From contig OZ024747.1 in assembly GCA_964016885.1 (NCBI GenBank), positions 24,552,001 to 24,616,000 on the forward strand: a DNA stretch of 64,000 nt, written 5' to 3'. The number at the start of each line of letters is the position of its first letter. The stretch's first letter is position 1. This document shows positions 35,645 to 49,412 of the stretch, piece by piece. The position numbers and the translations under genes were made by a program. The stretch comes from Eledone cirrhosa (taxonomy: Eukaryota). The notes under the pieces were generated by a model. The model was not told where the DNA came from. It ran no database searches and saw only the letters and a list, made by a program, of their open reading frames with translations.

Positions 35645-38600
35645 AACACCACACCACACAACATCCCAGCTGATGTCACCCCTCCTCACACATACACACA
35701 CACACACCCCACCACACAACATCCCAACTGATGTCACCCCTCCTCACACATACACACACACACACACACCCCACCACACAACATCCCAGCTGATGTCACC
35801 CCTCCTCACACATACACACACACACACCCCACAACATCCCAACTGATGTCACCCCCCCTCACACATACACACACACACACACACCCCACCACACAACATC
35901 CCAGCTGATGTCACCCCTCCTCACACATACACACACCCCACACCACACAACATCCCAGCTGATGTCACCCCTCCTCACACATATACACACACCCCACCAC
36001 ACAACATCCCAGCTGATGTCACCCTTCCTCACACACACACACACCCCACCACACAACATCCCAGCTGATGTCACCCCTCCTCATACACACATACACACAC
36101 CACACCACACAACATCCCAGCTGATGTCACCCCCTCACACATATCCACACACACACACACACCACACAACATCCCAGCTGATGTCACCCCCCTCACACAT
36201 ACACACACACACACACACACCCCACCACACAACATCCCAGCTGATGTCACCCCTCCTCACACATACACACACACCCCACAACATCCCAACTGATGTCACC
36301 CCCCCTCACACATACACACACACACACACCCCACCACACAACATCCCAGCTGATGTCACCCCTCCTCACACATACACACACCCCACACCACACAACATCC
36401 CAGCTGATGTCACCCCTCCTCACACATATACACACACCCCACCACACAACATCCCAGCTGATGTCACCCCTCCTCACACATACACACACACACACACACC
36501 CACCACACAACATCCCAGCTGATGTCACCCCTCCTCACACATACACACACACCCCACAACATCCCAACTGATGTCACCCCTCCTCACACATACACACACC
36601 CCACACCACACAACATCCCAGCTGATGTCACCCCTCCTCACACATACACACACACCCCACAACATCCCAACTGATGTCACCCCTCCTCACACATATACAC
36701 ACACCCCACCACACAACATCCCAGCTGATGTCACCCTTCCTCACACACACACACACCCCACACCACACAACATCCCAGCTGATGTCACCCCTCCTCACAC
36801 ATATACACACCCCACACCACACAACATCCCAGCTGATGTCACCCCTCCTCACACACACACACACACCACACCACACAACATCCCCGCTGATGTCACCCCC
36901 CTCACACATACACACACACACACACACACCCCACCACACAACATCCCAGCTGATGTCACCCCTCCTCACACATACACACACACCCCACAACATCCCAACT
37001 GATGTCACCCCCCCTCACACATACACACACACACACACCCCACCACACAACATCCCAGCTGATGTCACCCCTCCTCACACATACACACACCCCACACCAC
37101 ACAACATCCCAGCTGATGTCACCCCTCCTCACACATATACACACACCCCACCACACAACATCCCAGCTGATGTCACCCCTCCTCACACATACACACACAC
37201 ACACACACCCACCACACAACATCCCAGCTGATGTCACCCCTCCTCACACATACACACACACCCCACAACATCCCAACTGATGTCACCCCTCCTCACACAT
37301 ACACACACCCCACACCACACAACATCCCAGCTGATGTCACCCCTCCTCACACATACACACACACCCCACAACATCCCAACTGATGTCACCCCTCCTCACA
37401 CATATACACACACCCCACCACACAACATCCCAGCTGATGTCACCCTTCCTCACACACACACACACCCCACACCACACAACATCCCAGCTGATGTCACCCC
37501 TCCTCACACATATACACACCCCACACCACACAACATCCCAGCTGATGTCACCCCTCCTCACACATACACACACACCCCACCACACAACATCCCAGCTGAT
37601 GTCACCCTTCCTCACACACACACACCCCACCACACAACATCCCAGCTGATGTCACGCTTCCTCACACACACACACACACACACACCACACCACACAACAT
37701 CCCAGCTGATGTCACCCCCCTCACACATATCCACACACACACACACAACATCCCAGCTGATGTCACCCCTCCTCACACATACACACACACACACCCCACC
37801 ACACAACATCCCAACTGATGTCACCCCTCCTCACACATACACACACACACACACACCCCACCACACAACATCCCAGCTGATGTCACCCCTCCTCACACAT
37901 ACACACACACACACCCCACAACATCCCAACTGATGTCACCCCCCCTCACACATACACACACACACACACACCCCACCACACAACATCCCAGCTGATGTCA
38001 CCCTTCCTCACACACACACACACACACCCCACCACACAACATCCCAGCTGATGTCACCCCTCCTCACACATACACACACACACCCCACCACACAACATCC
38101 CAGCTGATGTCACCCCTCCTCACACATACACACATACACACACCCCACCACACAACATCCCAGCTGATGTCACCCTTCCTCACACACACACACACACACC
38201 CCACCACACAACATCCCAGCTGATGTCACCCTTCCTCACACATACACACACACACACCCCACCACACAACATCCCAGCTGATGTCACCCTTCCTCACACA
38301 TACACACACACACCCCACCACACAACATCCCAGCTGATGTCACCCTTCCTCACACATACACACACACACACCCCACCACACAACATCCCAGCTGATGTCA
38401 CCCTTCCTCACACATATACACACACACCACACAACATCCCAGCTGATGTTACCCCCCCCCCTCACACATACACACACACAAACACCCCACACACAACATC
38501 CCAGCTGATGTCACCCTTCCTCACACATACACACACACACACCCCACCACACAACATCCCAGCTGATGTCACCCTTCCTCACACATACACACACACACCC

Positions 38601-39402
38601 CACCACACAACATCCCAGCTGATGTCACCCTTCCTCACACATACACACACACACACCCCACCACACAACATCCCAGCTGATGTCACCCCTCCTCACACAT
38701 ACACACACACACCACACCACACAACATCCCAGCTGATGTCACCCCTCCTCACACATACACCCCACCACACAACATCCCAGCTGATGTCACCCCTCCTCAC
38801 ACATATACACACACACCACACAACATCCCAGCTGATGTTACCCCCCCCTCACACATACACACACACAAACACCCCACACACAACATCCCAGCTGATGTCA
38901 CCCTTCCTCACACATACACACACACACACCCCACCACACAACATCCCAGCTGATGTCACCCTTCCTCACACATACACACACACACACCCACCACACAACA
39001 TCCCAGCTGATGTCACCCTTCCTCACACATACACACACACACACCCCACCACACAACATCCCAGCTGATGTCACCCTTCCTCACACATACACACACACCC
39101 CACCACACAACATCCCAGCTGATGTCACCCTTCCTCACACATACACACACACACACCCCACCACACAACATCCCAGCTGATGCCACCCTTCCTCACACAT
39201 ACACACACACACACCCCACCACACAACATCCCAGCTGATGTCACCCTTCCTCACACATACACACACACACCCCACCACACAACATCCCAGCTGATGTCAC
39301 CCCTCCTCACACATACACACACACAAACACCCCACCACACAACATCCCAGCTGATGCCCCCCACACACACAAACACCACATCACTCAACATCCCAGCTGA
39401 TG

Positions 39403-39438
<36 letters not shown>

Positions 39439-39466
39439 CCCACCACACAACATCCCAGCTGATGTC

Positions 39467-39505
<39 letters not shown>

Positions 39506-39560
39506 CACACAACATCCCAGCTGATGCCCCCCCCCCCCCCCCACACACACACATTCACAC
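35645..39560. repeat. 3.9-kb minisatellite: constant acaacatcccagctgatgtcaccc core with variable CA-rich linkers
   Basis: About 75 cores; identical ORFs at 36293 and 37002 show a 709-bp higher-order duplication. Confidence 0.95.
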
Positions 39561-40057
39561 AAACACCACACCACTCAAATTCCCACCTAACTTTCCCCAG
39601 GACTTCAATCCTTTCGTTCCATCATTTTTCAATATTAAAGTCCCAATTATGTCACACAATGATATATATATAATTTTTGTTATTAACTCCTTTAGCACCA
39701 GTCCAGTCAATGGCTTATTTGGTTTTATGAAACAAAGATAAAAAGAATCTGATGGTCAGATTGGAGCAAGGAAACAATGTTTCCATTTGTCTCTCCATTG
39801 TTAATACTGTCTGATGAAATCTTAGAAACAGGCACAATTTTTGGAAATATATCAATTGCAATTTACTGCAACTGATGTTAGACATGACCTGGGCCAATAC
39901 TGGCTGAAACATATCAAAGTTATATGTATGTCATTGGTACTTTCAGAAAGTAACACCAAATATCAGCCAGGGCCATATCAATGAATCGAAACAACAGAAG
40001 TAAGCTTTATTTCTTCTTTCTGTTTTTTTTGGGGGGGGGTTATCCATTCAACTTCTA

Positions 40058-40118
40058 GCTGCCTGATGAGGTCATAACTGTTGCATAACAGTTATCACCG
40101 AAATATAAATATAACAGC
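40058..40118 (+). ncRNA. Type I hammerhead motif (same family as 4525 and 55386)
   Basis: gctgc CTGATGA ggtcataactgtt-gcat-aacagttatcacc GAAA tataaata TA acagc. Confidence 0.7.
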
Positions 40119-40184
40119 AATTATGAATAAACAAAGTAAATTATAACCTGTTGACTTGTACTTCATGATTATATATACGTGTGT

Positions 40185-40256
<72 letters not shown>

Positions 40257-40259
40257 ATA

Positions 40260-40357
40260 CATGATGCCCCAAAAAATGCATTCACACTTTGATTACCTGT
40301 ACAGGCAATATTTATTAGAATGCTGTTGAAGTGCGTAAACATTTTTAGGACACCCTG
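40260..40357. mobile_element. Tiny Tc1/mariner-type MITE
   Basis: Decayed TIRs catgatgccccaaaaaatgcattcacactt / aagtgcgtaaacatttttaggacaccctg. Confidence 0.5.
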
Positions 40358-40389
40358 TGTGTGTATGTGTATATATGAATATATATATA

Positions 40390-41767
40390 TCATCATCATC
40401 ATCTTCGTTTAACGTCCATTTTCCACGCTAGCATGGGTTAGACGGGAGTTGTCCCACTTGAGGCAATGTAGGTCGGGTGACTATGTTTCGCTCATATAGG
40501 ACTATCTGGCGGGCTTTCTATGGTTGGATGCCCTTCCTAACACCAACCACATTTACAGTGTGGAACTGGGAACTTTTTACCGTGTTACCTACACGGCCAC
40601 ATTACAGCGTGGACTGTGTTTTTTTTTCTCCTGAACCTACACGATCTGAATCTCATTATCTCATTTATTTGGACTGGATGTTGTGGTACCAACTTTAGAG
40701 AGAGAGGGTGGTGTTGGTGGGAGTGGGAGGATAGGGTAGGGGTAGTGGATTGGGGAGTATATTTGGTTAAGAGGTGCCTACTGACTGTAGGTTTCGCTTT
40801 GTACATAGGCAAGGCGGGTCTTCTGTATTACTGCGTAGCGCCAAAGATCTCGGTCCAGTGACATTGTCTTAGAGAGGTGCAAGTGTGTAAGGTCGGAATT
40901 TATCAGATTGTCCCAGGTTTTTCTGGGTCTACCTACTCCGAAACTACCATCAATTTTGATCGCCCTGCACTTTTTTATACAGCTGTCGTCTTTCATGCGC
41001 ATCACGTGGCCATACCAATGTAGTCTTCTCTCGAGTAAACAGCATCTGATCCCTCTTATTCCTAATTTCTCACTTTGTTCATTTATGCTTTGCCGTTCAC
41101 GTATATTACTATTACACATCCAATGGAGCATGCATGCTTCGTTCCTTTCCAGTCTACGCAGGTCCTCTGCACGTAATGCCCATGTCTCACTGCCATGTAG
41201 CATTGTTGTTCGTATACAGGCATCATACAATCTGCCTTTCATTTTTAGAGAGAAACCTTTGGTGGCCAACAGCGGTATAAGCTCTCTCAACTTTTTCCAT
41301 CTCGTTCTGACTCTGGCTCTGTACTTTCAGAACACTCTCCACCACTGCTGATTTCGTCATCCAGGTAACGGAAAGTGTCCACTATTTCTATAGAACCATC
41401 TGGACAATAGAAGGAGCTAGTATCCTTTGGATACTTGCTACTTATTGCACCTGAGCATCAGCCACATATAAAGTCGACATTCTTAGATAGTTTACCTGTG
41501 ATCCCACTACATCTTTTATGTACCCATACTTTGCATTTGGGAAAAAAAATTGAATTTCTGCCTACTCCTTTCCTACACACTGAGCATGGCCATTTCCCTT
41601 AGGGCACCTGTGCCCTATTTTCCTTTCTACAAACTAGAACTTTAGTCTTAGACAAGTTAACTTTAAGGCTTTTGATTCTATGCCATGCTTCCATGTTTCG
41701 AATTTCTAGTTCAGCCATTGATTCAGCTGTGAGCATTAGATCATCTGCATATAGGAGTTCCCATGGG
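40390..41767 (-). mobile_element. 5'-truncated RTE-clade LINE from the YADD motif to the 3' tail
   Basis: PWELLYADDL (YADD at 41740-41751), LKVNLSKTK, PHD-like insert, FRYL, GSETW, WYGHVMRM; close copy of 20130-21292. Confidence 0.92.
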
Positions 41768-41777
41768 TCTCTCTCTC

Positions 41778-42168
<391 letters not shown>

Positions 42169-42379
42169 ATTCAACACATATGGAAGTTGGGAGTATTTAT
42201 ATTAACTGTTTGACTTAACTTTGCATTCATTACCAGTAGTTTCAGATGCATCGGAGTAAAAAAAAAAAAATGAACCACTGGTAAATACCGTTAAGTCAAT
42301 CTGTTATATGTATTATCACTCTGTCACACAGTACAGATGACTAATGAAACAGGGTATTTAGTCATCTGTCAAGTCACAA

Positions 42380-42770
42380 CAAGAACCTCAGTCAGATAAT
42401 ACTTTCCTCAAAATGTACACAGTACCTAGCAAAGCCACCTGTTGTGTGACACCCAACCTGTATGGCATTCCCAGTCACTTTAAGAAGTTTTCAAGTTTCA
42501 ATGGGATTGACCCTAATACCCCGATCACAACTGATATCACTTTCACATTACCCTCTAGCATTACAAATAGTCTTGCCATCTCCACTTTCAATTCAGAGTA
42601 CACTTTGTGATATTTTCAATCTCCTTACTCACAATATTTGTGTCATTTGGATTGTCATGTCAATGATTTGACAGTATTTGTCTTTCTTGTTCAATACAAC
42701 AATGTCCGGTTGGTGATGTTCATTTACTCTATCAGTTTGAAAATCATAATCCCAGAACAATATGTACTAT
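42380..42770 (-). pseudogene. R4/Dong-type LINE endonuclease relic
   Basis: LFWDYDFQTDR..QPDIVV..IIDM..YSELKVE..VVIGVLGSIP, homologous to 32376-32894. Confidence 0.8.
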
Positions 42771-42771
42771 T

Positions 42772-43089
42772 TGGCCTTGTGCCAAACGTAGAAACATTAT
42801 TATTATTTTGTCTTTCATCCTTACGGGGTCGATAAAATAAAGTACCAGTAATGCACTGGGTAATTGCTGGCCTTGTGCCTAAAGTAGAAACAATTATTAT
42901 TATTGGCAGTATCGGTAGAGGGTCAGACACTATGCTTTGCAGCATAGAGTTATGCCCCTTTACGGTTTGAGTTCAAATTCCGCTGAGGTTAACTTTGCCT
43001 TTCATCCTTACGGGGTTGATAAAATAAAGCCACAGTAATGCACTGGGATAATTGCTGGCCTTGTGCAAAAAGTAGAAACAATTATTATT
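42772..43089 (+). mobile_element. Stack of three family A SINE 3' ends/copies in (ATT)n tails
   Basis: ggccttgtgc..a.gtagaaaca(att)n repeated three times. Confidence 0.85.
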
Positions 43090-44194
43090 TTAATAACAAT
43101 TCTTTGCTTTACTGGGAAGCTTATAATCTTTCAATAGCAAATGAGAAATTAATCCGTTTGATTTAATTTAATTCAAGTCTATCTCGTTGTGGGCGGAGTT
43201 ACAAGTTGATTGGAAATTTATAATGAAATTTATAATGAAACCAAACAAAGTAAGAATTAAAACAGAAAAACGATCAAAATATTAAAATCAAAAACATGAT
43301 AAGCATGAAATGAAATTGGAACAGTCAGTGGGTCATTAAATAATGCAATGGTTTGACCATCTAGATATTTGTTATAGATAAAATTAATGCTTATAGGGGA
43401 GGAGTTGGCTAGTGTCTATTTCGAGTGTTCCCTTATCTGGGTAATTTTTTTATTTTTTATGGCTCTGGTGGTTTGTTAATGTAGGTCTCTCTCCACTCTC
43501 CAGCTGTTAGTTCTATTAAGATCTACTGTCATTTTGTTTTTTTTATGAGATATGAAATAAAGGATTGTTTCCATGTTAGAATTTTGTAAGTTATTTAGTG
43601 TCTCTGTTGTATGATTGTTGTGTCATGAAGTGGTCCTGTATTTGGTTGATATTTGGATAATTTAGATAGTTGCTGTGGGTGTATTGTGTAAACCTCTGGT
43701 TGGTTATGCATTTTTGTAGGCCATTGTTGAATGCTGTATGTATTGGAGCTATTGATATACTTAACATTATGTATGCCTTATTAAAGGTTTTTAGCTAAGT
43801 GGTTGGTGCAATATTGTTGTGTAATTGGATGTCACCCTCATGTTTGGTAGGTTATTAGTGTTGTTTGGGGTTTCTTCAGAGGGTTATTTAGCTTGTATTC
43901 TTGGAATCTGGTGTATTAGTTGTGTGTGTATAACTTCTGTCACTATAACTGGTCTCTTTGTTATTGTGTGTGTGTTAATCTATGGAAATTGTTTTGTCAT
44001 TGTGTTTGGTTTAATTGTACAGTTATGTAGTATTATATCTGGGTAGCTTTCACTCAGGTACCATTCATGATGTTGGGTGTGTGTTTGGTACACCTTGTGC
44101 TGGTGTGTGTATTGTAACCAATATGTGTTATTGGTTTGAAGTGTCTCGAGTGTAGTGGTCTGGGTGTGTGTGCAGTAGTAACAAATGATCTTAC

Positions 44195-44530
44195 TCTTCA
44201 GGGTTAAGTATAGGTTTGAAGTTGGAATATGTTTTATACATCTTATGTCTAAACTATATAATGAATTCAGTCTTTCTGTTCAGTAATGGTTCATTGGTAA
44301 ACAATACGTTTATGGTCTCCTCAGAGCAGGGGTTACACACTTGATGTCCCCCAATGTATAGTTCGGTCTTGGTCAGAATACTCCATTGCAACTTTGAATT
44401 CATAGGCCATGAGACCTATATATACTTTGTTGGAGTGGTTTGTTTTAAGATTGCATTTATATACAAGATTTTTTCACGGCATTTGGTGGTAAGTGGGCAG
44501 CCGTTTCAATTAGTGCAGTTACACTGATCT
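44195..44530 (-). mobile_element. Penelope-like element GIY-YIG endonuclease relic
   Basis: CNCTN*NGCPLTTKC..LVYKCNLKTNHSNKVYIGL..EFK and CNPCSEE..LLNRKTE..RHK. Confidence 0.75.
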
Positions 44531-44654
44531 GTTTATGTTTTGGTCTGTGTGTGTTCTACTAGAGTTGAGTTTAGCTAGGTTTGAAGAAGCAGGGTTCTGT
44601 GCAACGTTAGGGGTGGTACTGTAAGAGAGTTTAATGGGGTTTCTATTAAATATC

Positions 44655-45325
44655 TACTACCACTAATGATATCAATACCACCAACAACCACACCACCAAC
44701 AACAGCACTACCATAATTATCACTAGACTCACCAGTAACACAACTACCTAAAATCACAACCATCATTATCACCAACACTACTACCAACACACTACACTAA
44801 CACCACTAGCACCACTCATCACTAGTACCACAATTACCATCATTATGACCACAATTATCACCATCATTACCACCACCAACAACAACAATAACAACACTAA
44901 CAACATTACAGTACCACTATATTGCCATGTGCAATGTAAAATCTGTCAGCCAATACTAACGTCTTCAGTTATCAAAGCATGTTATAGAGGATCCATGTGG
45001 TGGTGGTGGAGGGGATGTTTATGGTAGTCGTAGTGGCGGTGGTAGGTGTGGTTGTTGTTGTTATGGTGGTGGTGCTCGCTGTTGTGTCTTTAAATAAGTG
45101 ATAACAGCAAGAACACCTCCAACAACAATGACTACCACACCAACACTATCACTCCACCACCATGAACAACAACCAGCACCAACACCAATACTACCACTAC
45201 ATCACCACCACCACTAACACCAAACACACCAACACTATCACCACCATCACTACCAACACCACAAATACCACCACCACTACCACTAATACCACCATCTCAT
45301 CCACCAACCACAACAACAACAGTCA
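44655..45325. repeat. ACC/AAC-rich degenerate trinucleotide region with a central inverted GGT block
   Basis: Base composition flips at 44995-45085. Confidence 0.7.
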
Positions 45326-45493
45326 CCAGTTAAGGTTTGTAGTGAACATCCTGTTGTGGTAAGTGAAGGAGTTTAGAAGAGGTTGAGTAAGTGTATTAAG
45401 AGAACATTCACACTTGGAACACTCACTCATGTTCAGAAGTTACACTCGAGAGAGTATGAGTGAGATTTCAATCTACAGTGAAGACATTGATAT

Positions 45494-45680
45494 TGTCCCA
45501 CAAGACATTACATTGGTCACCCACTCACTGTCCCACAAAATGTTTCATTGGTCATCCACTGTCCCACAAGACATTACTGGTCATCCACTGTCCCACAAGA
45601 CATTACTGGTCATCCACTGTCCCACAAGACATTACTGGTCATCCACTGTCCCACAAGACATTTCATTGGTTAGTCACTGA
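45494..45680. repeat. 29-bp minisatellite
   Basis: gtcatccactgtcccacaagacattactg. Confidence 0.9.
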
Positions 45681-45752
45681 CCCATAAACAATTCTACCAT
45701 TCACTCACCCACAAGATAAAAATATCAGTTTCACAACAAACTATGAAGCAAA

Positions 45753-46245
45753 TCTTTGTTATGATATATCTCAGTTGCCAGTCTTTGTTATGATATAGCT
45801 CAGTTCCCAGTCCTTGTTATGATATAGCTCAGTTGCCAGTCCTTGTTATGATATAGCTCAGTTGCCACTCCTTGTTATGATATAGCTCAGTTGCCAGTCC
45901 TTGTTATGATATAGCTCAGTTGCCAGTCTTTGTTATGATATATCTTAGTTGCCAGTCTTTGTTGTGATATATCTCAGTTGCCAGTTTTTGTTGTGATATA
46001 TCTCAGTTGCCAGTCTTTGTTGTGATATAGTTCAGTTGCCAGTCTTTGTTGTGATATATCTTAGTTGCCAGTCTTTGTTATGATATATCTCAGTTGCCAG
46101 TCTTTCTTGAAATACATCATATTTTAGCTGTCAGGTTTGTTGGGATACATCATATCATAGTAGCTCATCTGTTGTGATATGTTATATCACAGAAGCTAGT
46201 CTTTTTTATGATATATCTCAGAAGCTAGTGCTTGTGATATATCAT
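45753..46245. repeat. 29-bp minisatellite
   Basis: tctttgttatgatatatctcagttgccag. Confidence 0.9.
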
Positions 46246-47104
46246 AATTCCTCTGTCATACAAAGGTCAACTGAAAATTTCATAGGCCGACTATAAAGGA
46301 GCGATGCTAGAGCTGTGAAATCTTGCATGCATAAATTGCAAATCTTTTTATTAATAACTGCCTTATTTCTTTCCAGGGACTATGTTGAAAAATAAATCTC
46401 ATTTGGTCATGGTCGGCCTGTCAACTTTTTAACTGACCCTCATAAAATCATGACAGACTAGATGGAGGCAAGAGATCTAAGTCGATGTGTAGGAGTAAAT
46501 CTTAATATAGGTATGCATGGATGTTAAATGCTGCTATCAAAATCTGTGAACAAGTGAGAAATAGATAGCTGGTGGTACCATATTTTATACAAGAATACAT
46601 CCTGCTATAGTTGATCATTTGGCAGGATTTGAGCACTAAAACTAGTTGTGTATTAATATGCTGATATGGTCATGCATAAGATAAGAAAATGGGCATTGTT
46701 CTGGAGACAATGACAATCTGGTTACACACGATTTTGCTACATAGAAATATGTGTGCGTGTGTGTGTGTGTGCATGCGTGAATGTGTGTGTGCGTGTGTGT
46801 GTATGTCTATCTCTCTGTATAATTAGTTATGGTGAGCATGAATATATGTAAATATATGCATGTATGTATATATCTACGTATGTATGTATATATAGAGATA
46901 GCGCCAGGCAGTTTCGGCTTGTATGTGTGCGTAGGTGTATGCATGTGTTTGTATGTGAGCGTGTGTTTATGTGTGTCTGTGTATGCATGTATATATGTAT
47001 GTATACATATATACACAGATATATGTGAATGGTAGATGTAAATAGTCTAAAGAGGCTCTGTTTATCCTGACATACTAAGGAATTATTTCATGTCAAGATA
47101 GAAT

Positions 47105-47442
47105 ATGTCTGCTATTGATTCTGGAATACCATTCCATAATGTTTGCTATTAATTCTAGAAAACCATTCCATAATGTTTGCTATTAATTCTGTAATACCAT
47201 TCCATAATGTTTGCTATTAATTCTGTAATACCATTCCATACAGTCTGCTATTAATTCTGGATTACCATTCCATAATGTCAGCTAATAATTCTGGAATACC
47301 ATTCCATAAGGTCTGCTATTGATTCTGGAATACCATTCCATAATGTTTGTTATTAATTCTGGAATACCATTCCATAATGTCAGCTAATAATTCTGGATTA
47401 CCATTCCATAATGTCTGCTATTAATTCTGTAATACCATTCCA
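47105..47442. repeat. 34-bp minisatellite, about 10 copies
   Basis: attctggaataccattccataatgtttgctatta. Confidence 0.9.
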
Positions 47443-47961
47443 TGCCTGGATTGACCAAAGTGGAAATGCTGCAATTCAATCAATTATAAAGATTTTACAA
47501 ATCACATATAGGAAGTCGCTGCTTTTCAAGTAAGCATCCTCCAGTTTTCTCACTACCGTGACAATGTAGACAACAGAGGCAAAGAAAGAGAGAGACTGAG
47601 TTTGTGTGCACATGAGTGAGCATGTGCGTAAGTGAATATCTATGTCGAAGGGATATTTAATTTGTTGGAAATACAACAAATAAATATAAATGTTTATAAC
47701 TGATTCAGAGCACTCGACAGCTTTCTGGAGTACATATTCAATGATATTTCCAGGGATAACTTGAACAATTAAGGTATATTATCCTTGGTCATGTCAAATA
47801 TTTATAAACCGTTTTGTATTTTATGTGCTGATAGCCTACCAAAATTTTGGTACCCTTGTAATATATATGATTAAATAAATATGATTTTATAAATATAGTT
47901 TCCATTTATTTAATATCATTGTATGTCTATATATACATATATATATACATATATATACACA

Positions 47962-48366
47962 CATGGTGGCTGCCAACTCGTTTTTGAGTACGGCCACTAC
48001 TTTAAATCCATGTAGGAGAACGCCTACCGATGCGCTGACGAGTGTGACTTTTTAGTCCAGCCAGCGACTTGAAAACACTGGTACAAACACTACACTTGTG
48101 ACAATTACTGACACATAGTGCTGGGCCTATGGTACCATGTGACGACAAGTGCAGAGAGATCTCCAGATATAAAGCAATGCCTGTGCCGTGAAGCTTTTAT
48201 AGTGAGCAAAGGCACTGCACAAAGCCAGTCCCACTCTCTTAACCAAGATGATATTTACCAAAAAGAAGAACAAGTCAACATCATTGGATACCATCAGGGT
48301 TGCAGGTGTTATATCAGAGTTTTCCTTCTCCTAGAATTCTGCCCTGACAAAGGCTAAGGGGTCATC
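47962..48366 (-). mobile_element. Non-autonomous RTE-derived element, copy 1 (truncated)
   Basis: Near-identical to 60735-61140. Confidence 0.8.
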
Positions 48367-48521
48367 TATATATATATATATACACACATATATACACACA
48401 TATATATATATATATAAACACATATATATATAAACACATATATATATACTCATATATATACACACACACATATATATATACACATATATATACACACACA
48501 TATATATATACACATATATAT

Positions 48522-48552
<31 letters not shown>

Positions 48553-48557
48553 CATAT

Positions 48558-48588
<31 letters not shown>

Positions 48589-48633
48589 CATATACACACA
48601 TATATATATATACACACACACACATATATATAT

Positions 48634-48664
<31 letters not shown>

Positions 48665-49412
48665 CATACACACACGCATATATATATATATATATACATA
48701 TACACACATATATATATATATACACACACACACACATATATATATACACACACACACACATATATATATACATATATATATACATATATACATACATATA
48801 CATACATATATACATACATATACATACATATATACATACATATACACATAAATACATATATACATACATATATATATATATACATACATACATATATATA
48901 TATATCATCATCTATGAATGGGATTCTGGGAGTGAATATGTATGTATAAATGAGGGCATATATGTGTGCATCTACATGTGTATACATATGTGTGGTTATG
49001 TATGTATGTATACATCAGTACATATATAAGTGTGAGTATGTATATGTATGTGTATATGTGTATGTGTCTGTGTAAAATGATCAGCAATTAAAATGATCAG
49101 GCAGGTTAAGCAGCATGTTGCATGAATATAAATTTAAATGAAGGTTTGTTGCTGTAAGCTTTCAATTTAACACTTTTCACCCTTTAATATGGCATACTGT
49201 TATTTCAAACACTATGTTTATGTATAAGGAGAAATCACAGTGAATTTGTGTGGTTCCATTTAAACTATGAAATGAAATGAAACTTACAGCTCACAATTAT
49301 GCAGGTTTATCTGGCTTCCTACAAGGTTGTGTTGTGTAGGTGGTTTCTCAAATGTTTTAATGATAGAGGCCCCTGTCCTGCCAAGTTTTTGTTGTTACAG
49401 CTCACACCTACA

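Noticed and set aside
35645-39560. CRISPR-like repeat-spacer pattern
   Set aside because: Spacers are only length variants of CA microsatellite.
39804-39835. CTGATGA...GAAA spacing (similar weak cases near 5045, 17190 and 30540)
   Set aside because: No stem II or stem I pairing, or an incomplete core.
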